Of a stretch of 64,000 nt of DNA, positions 56,645 to 64,000 are shown piece by piece. The position numbers were made by a program, and so were the translations under genes. The DNA comes from Methanobacteriota archaeon (GTDB lineage Archaea > Thermoplasmatota > Poseidoniia > Poseidoniales > Poseidoniaceae), in contig PBDU01000011.1 in the NCBI GenBank assembly GCA_002718195.1, positions 219,927 to 283,926 of the forward strand. The letters are read 5' to 3'. Under the pieces are notes generated by a model that worked only from the letters and a program-made list of their open reading frames with translations, searched no databases and was not told where the DNA came from. Positions within the stretch are counted from its first letter, which is position 1. Each line of letters opens with the position of its first letter.

Positions 56645-56752
56645 AAAATGTGGCAATTTCATCATTACCTTTACAAACCTTATCGGGGGGCTGTAAAGAG
56701 TCGGTAAAGGGTAATTTACGGATGGGAGATTTTGGGCGGAGTGTCACATTTT
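56645..56752. promoter_or_regulatory. Nested imperfect inverted repeats in the aroD/gyrB divergent intergenic region
   Basis: AAAATGTGGCA(56645)/TGTCACATTTT(56742), ATTACCTTTAC(56664)/GTAAAGGGTAAT(56704) and CTTTACA(56669)/TGTAAAG(56692). Confidence 0.5.
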
Positions 56753-56821
56753 TCAAATAAGAAAAACAGTGAATTTTAGTTTAATTTATAACATCTTGAA
56801 AATATAGTTTATCAGCGCTAG

Positions 56822-61490
<4,669 letters not shown>

Positions 61491-61571
61491 TTGTCATTCA
61501 TTTTAGTCGATGAGTTAAAACTCAATGGCTTACCATCCCAATTTACTGGCACTTGCGTCGTAGGTGATGTT

Positions 61572-62822
61572 ATGAAAGAGACAGAGTTAATCTATGATTG
61601 GAATACAGTAGAGTATGAACTAACTAGAAACCCTGCAAATCATCCTCACGATATATGGTTTGACGACGAAACATTGCGCGATGGATTACAAAGCCCTAGT
61701 GCAAGAAATCCAACAATTGAACAAAAATTGGAGTTACTTGACTATATGGAGAAGTTAGGAATTCAGAAGGTCGATTTGGGACTTCCTGGAGCTGGCCCAT
61801 TCCACATTGAACACATTGATGCTATGCTCGAGCACATCACTTCCAATGATTACAAAATTAGACCAGGATGTGCCGTTAGAACCCTGGTAGGTGATATCGA
61901 ACCGATCGTGGATTTGATGGCAAAACATGAGATTGAAATCCAGGCGAGTGCTTTTTTGGGAACCAGCCCAATAAGGCAATATTCCGAAGGCTGGACGCTT
62001 GAGAAGTTACTCTCAACAATGGAAAAAGCAGTTTCTTTTGCAGTTGATAATGGGATACCTGTAATGTTTGTAACTGAAGATACTACAAGGTCAAATCCTA
62101 AGGATATTATCACAATTTACCAACGTGCTCTTGACTTGGGTGCTGATAGACTTGCGATTTGTGACACATGTGGGCATGTTGCACCAAATGGAGTAAAGAA
62201 ATTGCTAAATTTCGTGGATGAAGAAGTGATTAAGGACGGCGGATATCAAAGAAATAAAATTGAGATTAATTGGCACGGACATCAAGATAGAGGTCTGGGT
62301 GTAATCAACAATCTTGCCGCGTACGAAGCAGGTGCCGATTGTATTCACGGTACTGCCTTAGGTCTAGGAGAAAGAGCAGGAAATGCGCCTCTTGATCAAA
62401 CTCTTGTCAATCTCAAGTTGATGGGTGCAATCGATAATGACCTTACTTTGTTAAATGAATATATGCAAAAAGCCCACGAATTTACGGAAGTTCCTCTTCC
62501 AAGAAATTATCCAGTATTTGGCGAAGATGCGTTTGAAACTGGTACCGGAGTGCATGCCAGTGCGGTGATTAAGGCAATGAAGAAGGGAGATCACTGGCTA
62601 GCAGACAGAGTCTATTCTGGTGTACCGGCAGGAGACTTTGGAATGCAGCAAAAAATTAGGATTGGACATATGGCAGGACGTTCCAACATTATTTGGTGGT
62701 TAGAGCAAAGAGGATACGAAGTCTCTGATGAATTAGTCAACCATCTCTTTGAGGTTGCAAAGAGTCAAAGACGATTAATGGATGATGAGGAAGTAGTCAG
62801 TGCAATCAATGCATTTAAGTGA
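61572..62822 (+). CDS. DRE-TIM metallolyase, LeuA/homocitrate-synthase-like, without regulatory domain
   Basis: DETLRDGLQ, HGHQD and GERAGNA. ATG at 61572 follows AGGTGA. Confidence 0.85.
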   Translation: MKETELIYDWNTVEYELTRNPANHPHDIWFDDETLRDGLQSPSARNPTIEQKLELLDYMEKLGIQKVDLGLPGAGPFHIEHIDAMLEHITSNDYKIRPGCAVRTLVGDIEPIVDLMAKHEIEIQASAFLGTSPIRQYSEGWTLEKLLSTMEKAVSFAVDNGIPVMFVTEDTTRSNPKDIITIYQRALDLGADRLAICDTCGHVAPNGVKKLLNFVDEEVIKDGGYQRNKIEINWHGHQDRGLGVINNLAAYEAGADCIHGTALGLGERAGNAPLDQTLVNLKLMGAIDNDLTLLNEYMQKAHEFTEVPLPRNYPVFGEDAFETGTGVHASAVIKAMKKGDHWLADRVYSGVPAGDFGMQQKIRIGHMAGRSNIIWWLEQRGYEVSDELVNHLFEVAKSQRRLMDDEEVVSAINAFK

Positions 62823-62824
62823 AT

Positions 62825-64000
62825 TCAATTTTCTTCTTCAAAGTCAACTAACTCATCTGCAGTTTGTTCACCAAGCCATTCATTGACCCAACCCCCATCG
62901 TCAGAAATATGTCCTGAGCCAACTACCTCGACTTCATCAACATCAACTTCTTCACGCCAGATGATTTCATCTTGAGATCCGGATATAATGAATCGTCCTT
63001 CTGAGTCTATCTTATCTTCAAATAAGCCAAGATGCTTTGAAATCGGTAGAAAATGTGCTACCGGCATCCCTGCGGTCACGAACGGGTTAATTGCGCTAGA
63101 AATCATCAATCCATCCTCTGGTGCTAATATCTCAACCACTTGTCCAGGATGAGCAGGATCTGCAAGAGTTGCGATAATGTCTCCTTCTCTCATAATCGAG
63201 CCACATTTGACGTGCATGTCTAACAAACCTCCATGATCTGTTCTAATCCAAGTCGTACCGCTGGCAAGCAGACGGAATTTAGGACGCCTTGGCTTTCCTG
63301 TAATCATTTTCAATGAGCGAAGACTGTTGATGATCCCATTGATTGCTATCTGTACGCACTCGTGATCTATTGTATCTGCACCGCCGCCTTCGAAGGTTAT
63401 GCACGGTATGTCAGCCTGAACACAATTTCTTCTAAGCGATCCTTTTGGTGGTGTGGAGTCAAGAATTACCTCGATTCCAAAGGTTTTAGCTAACAAATTA
63501 GATTCTGGATGTGCTAAATCAGCTCGAATCTGAGGCATATTTGTCCTGCCTTTAGCAGCGGAATGCAAATCGATAATTCCGTCAACTTGTGAAAAGATAT
63601 GGTTCCAAAGCCTATTTGCAACCCTTCTAGTTGTACTTCCTTTTGGATTTCCTGGGAATTGACGGTTTAAGTCTCTACCATCTGGGAAGTATCTCAACTT
63701 CCTTTGGTAACCAGGGGTATTTACAACAGGGATTACGATAATTGTACCAGTTACTTGTTCAGGATCAAGTGGCTTATTTTCTCCGAGTAATGTTGGAGAA
63801 AGCAAGTGAGTGCATGCGCTTGGACCAACTAATTCATCTCCATGGATTCCTCCAATTACGCATACTCTAGGACCGGGCCGTCTGCCGTGTATAACCGTCA
63901 CAGGAATAGGCCAAGAATCCCCAATTGTAACTTCCAAAAGAGGGAAATCTATTGTTCTAAATGTCCCCGGTTCTACCTTCTTTCGCTGGAATGTAAATGA
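62825..64000 (-). CDS. 5'-truncated succinylglutamate desuccinylase/aspartoacylase (M14-like) family protein
   Basis: GGIHGDE, DLNRQFPG, IDLHS and a C-terminal biotinyl-like region; the frame stays open to the window end. Confidence 0.88.
   Translation of the reverse strand, partial: SFTFQRKKVEPGTFRTIDFPLLEVTIGDSWPIPVTVIHGRRPGPRVCVIGGIHGDELVGPSACTHLLSPTLLGENKPLDPEQVTGTIIVIPVVNTPGYQRKLRYFPDGRDLNRQFPGNPKGSTTRRVANRLWNHIFSQVDGIIDLHSAAKGRTNMPQIRADLAHPESNLLAKTFGIEVILDSTPPKGSLRRNCVQADIPCITFEGGGADTIDHECVQIAINGIINSLRSLKMITGKPRRPKFRLLASGTTWIRTDHGGLLDMHVKCGSIMREGDIIATLADPAHPGQVVEILAPEDGLMISSAINPFVTAGMPVAHFLPISKHLGLFEDKIDSEGRFIISGSQDEIIWREEVDVDEVEVVGSGHISDDGGWVNEWLGEQTADELVDFEEEN

Overview
Archaeal chromosomal segment, most consistent with Marine Group II Euryarchaeota (Poseidoniales, Thermoplasmatota). 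This is an inference from archaeal core genes (A-type ATP synthase, eIF2-gamma, S6e, Cdc6/Orc1, Dph2) occurring together with bacterial-type gyrase, class II HMG-CoA reductase, a class II CCA-adding enzyme and large secreted PKD peptidases. The window is gene-dense and mostly housekeeping: a KaiC-like ATPase trio, the atpHIKECFABD operon, panE/nadB, smc-scpA-scpB, hmgA, a translation/replication cluster, peptidases, tmk, aroD, gyrBA and a LeuA-like synthase. I recognised no tRNA, rRNA or CRISPR array. Two features stand out. (1) A helically phased array of ATTAACGCT repeats (25665-25780) lies directly upstream of an uncharacterised AAA+/acidic-linker/winged-helix gene coupled to a beta-propeller/TPR gene. 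It could be a non-canonical origin/initiator or an operator/regulator system, and the nearby cdc6 has no visible ORB origin. (2) A 1486-bp integrase-less island carries one lysine-rich putative PD-(D/E)XK nuclease. It is flanked by a ~57-bp direct repeat that re-encodes the same C-terminal peptide of the target gene with only synonymous changes. Several apparent pseudo-enzymes and unusual fusions are also present. All family assignments come from motifs recognised by eye, not from database searches.
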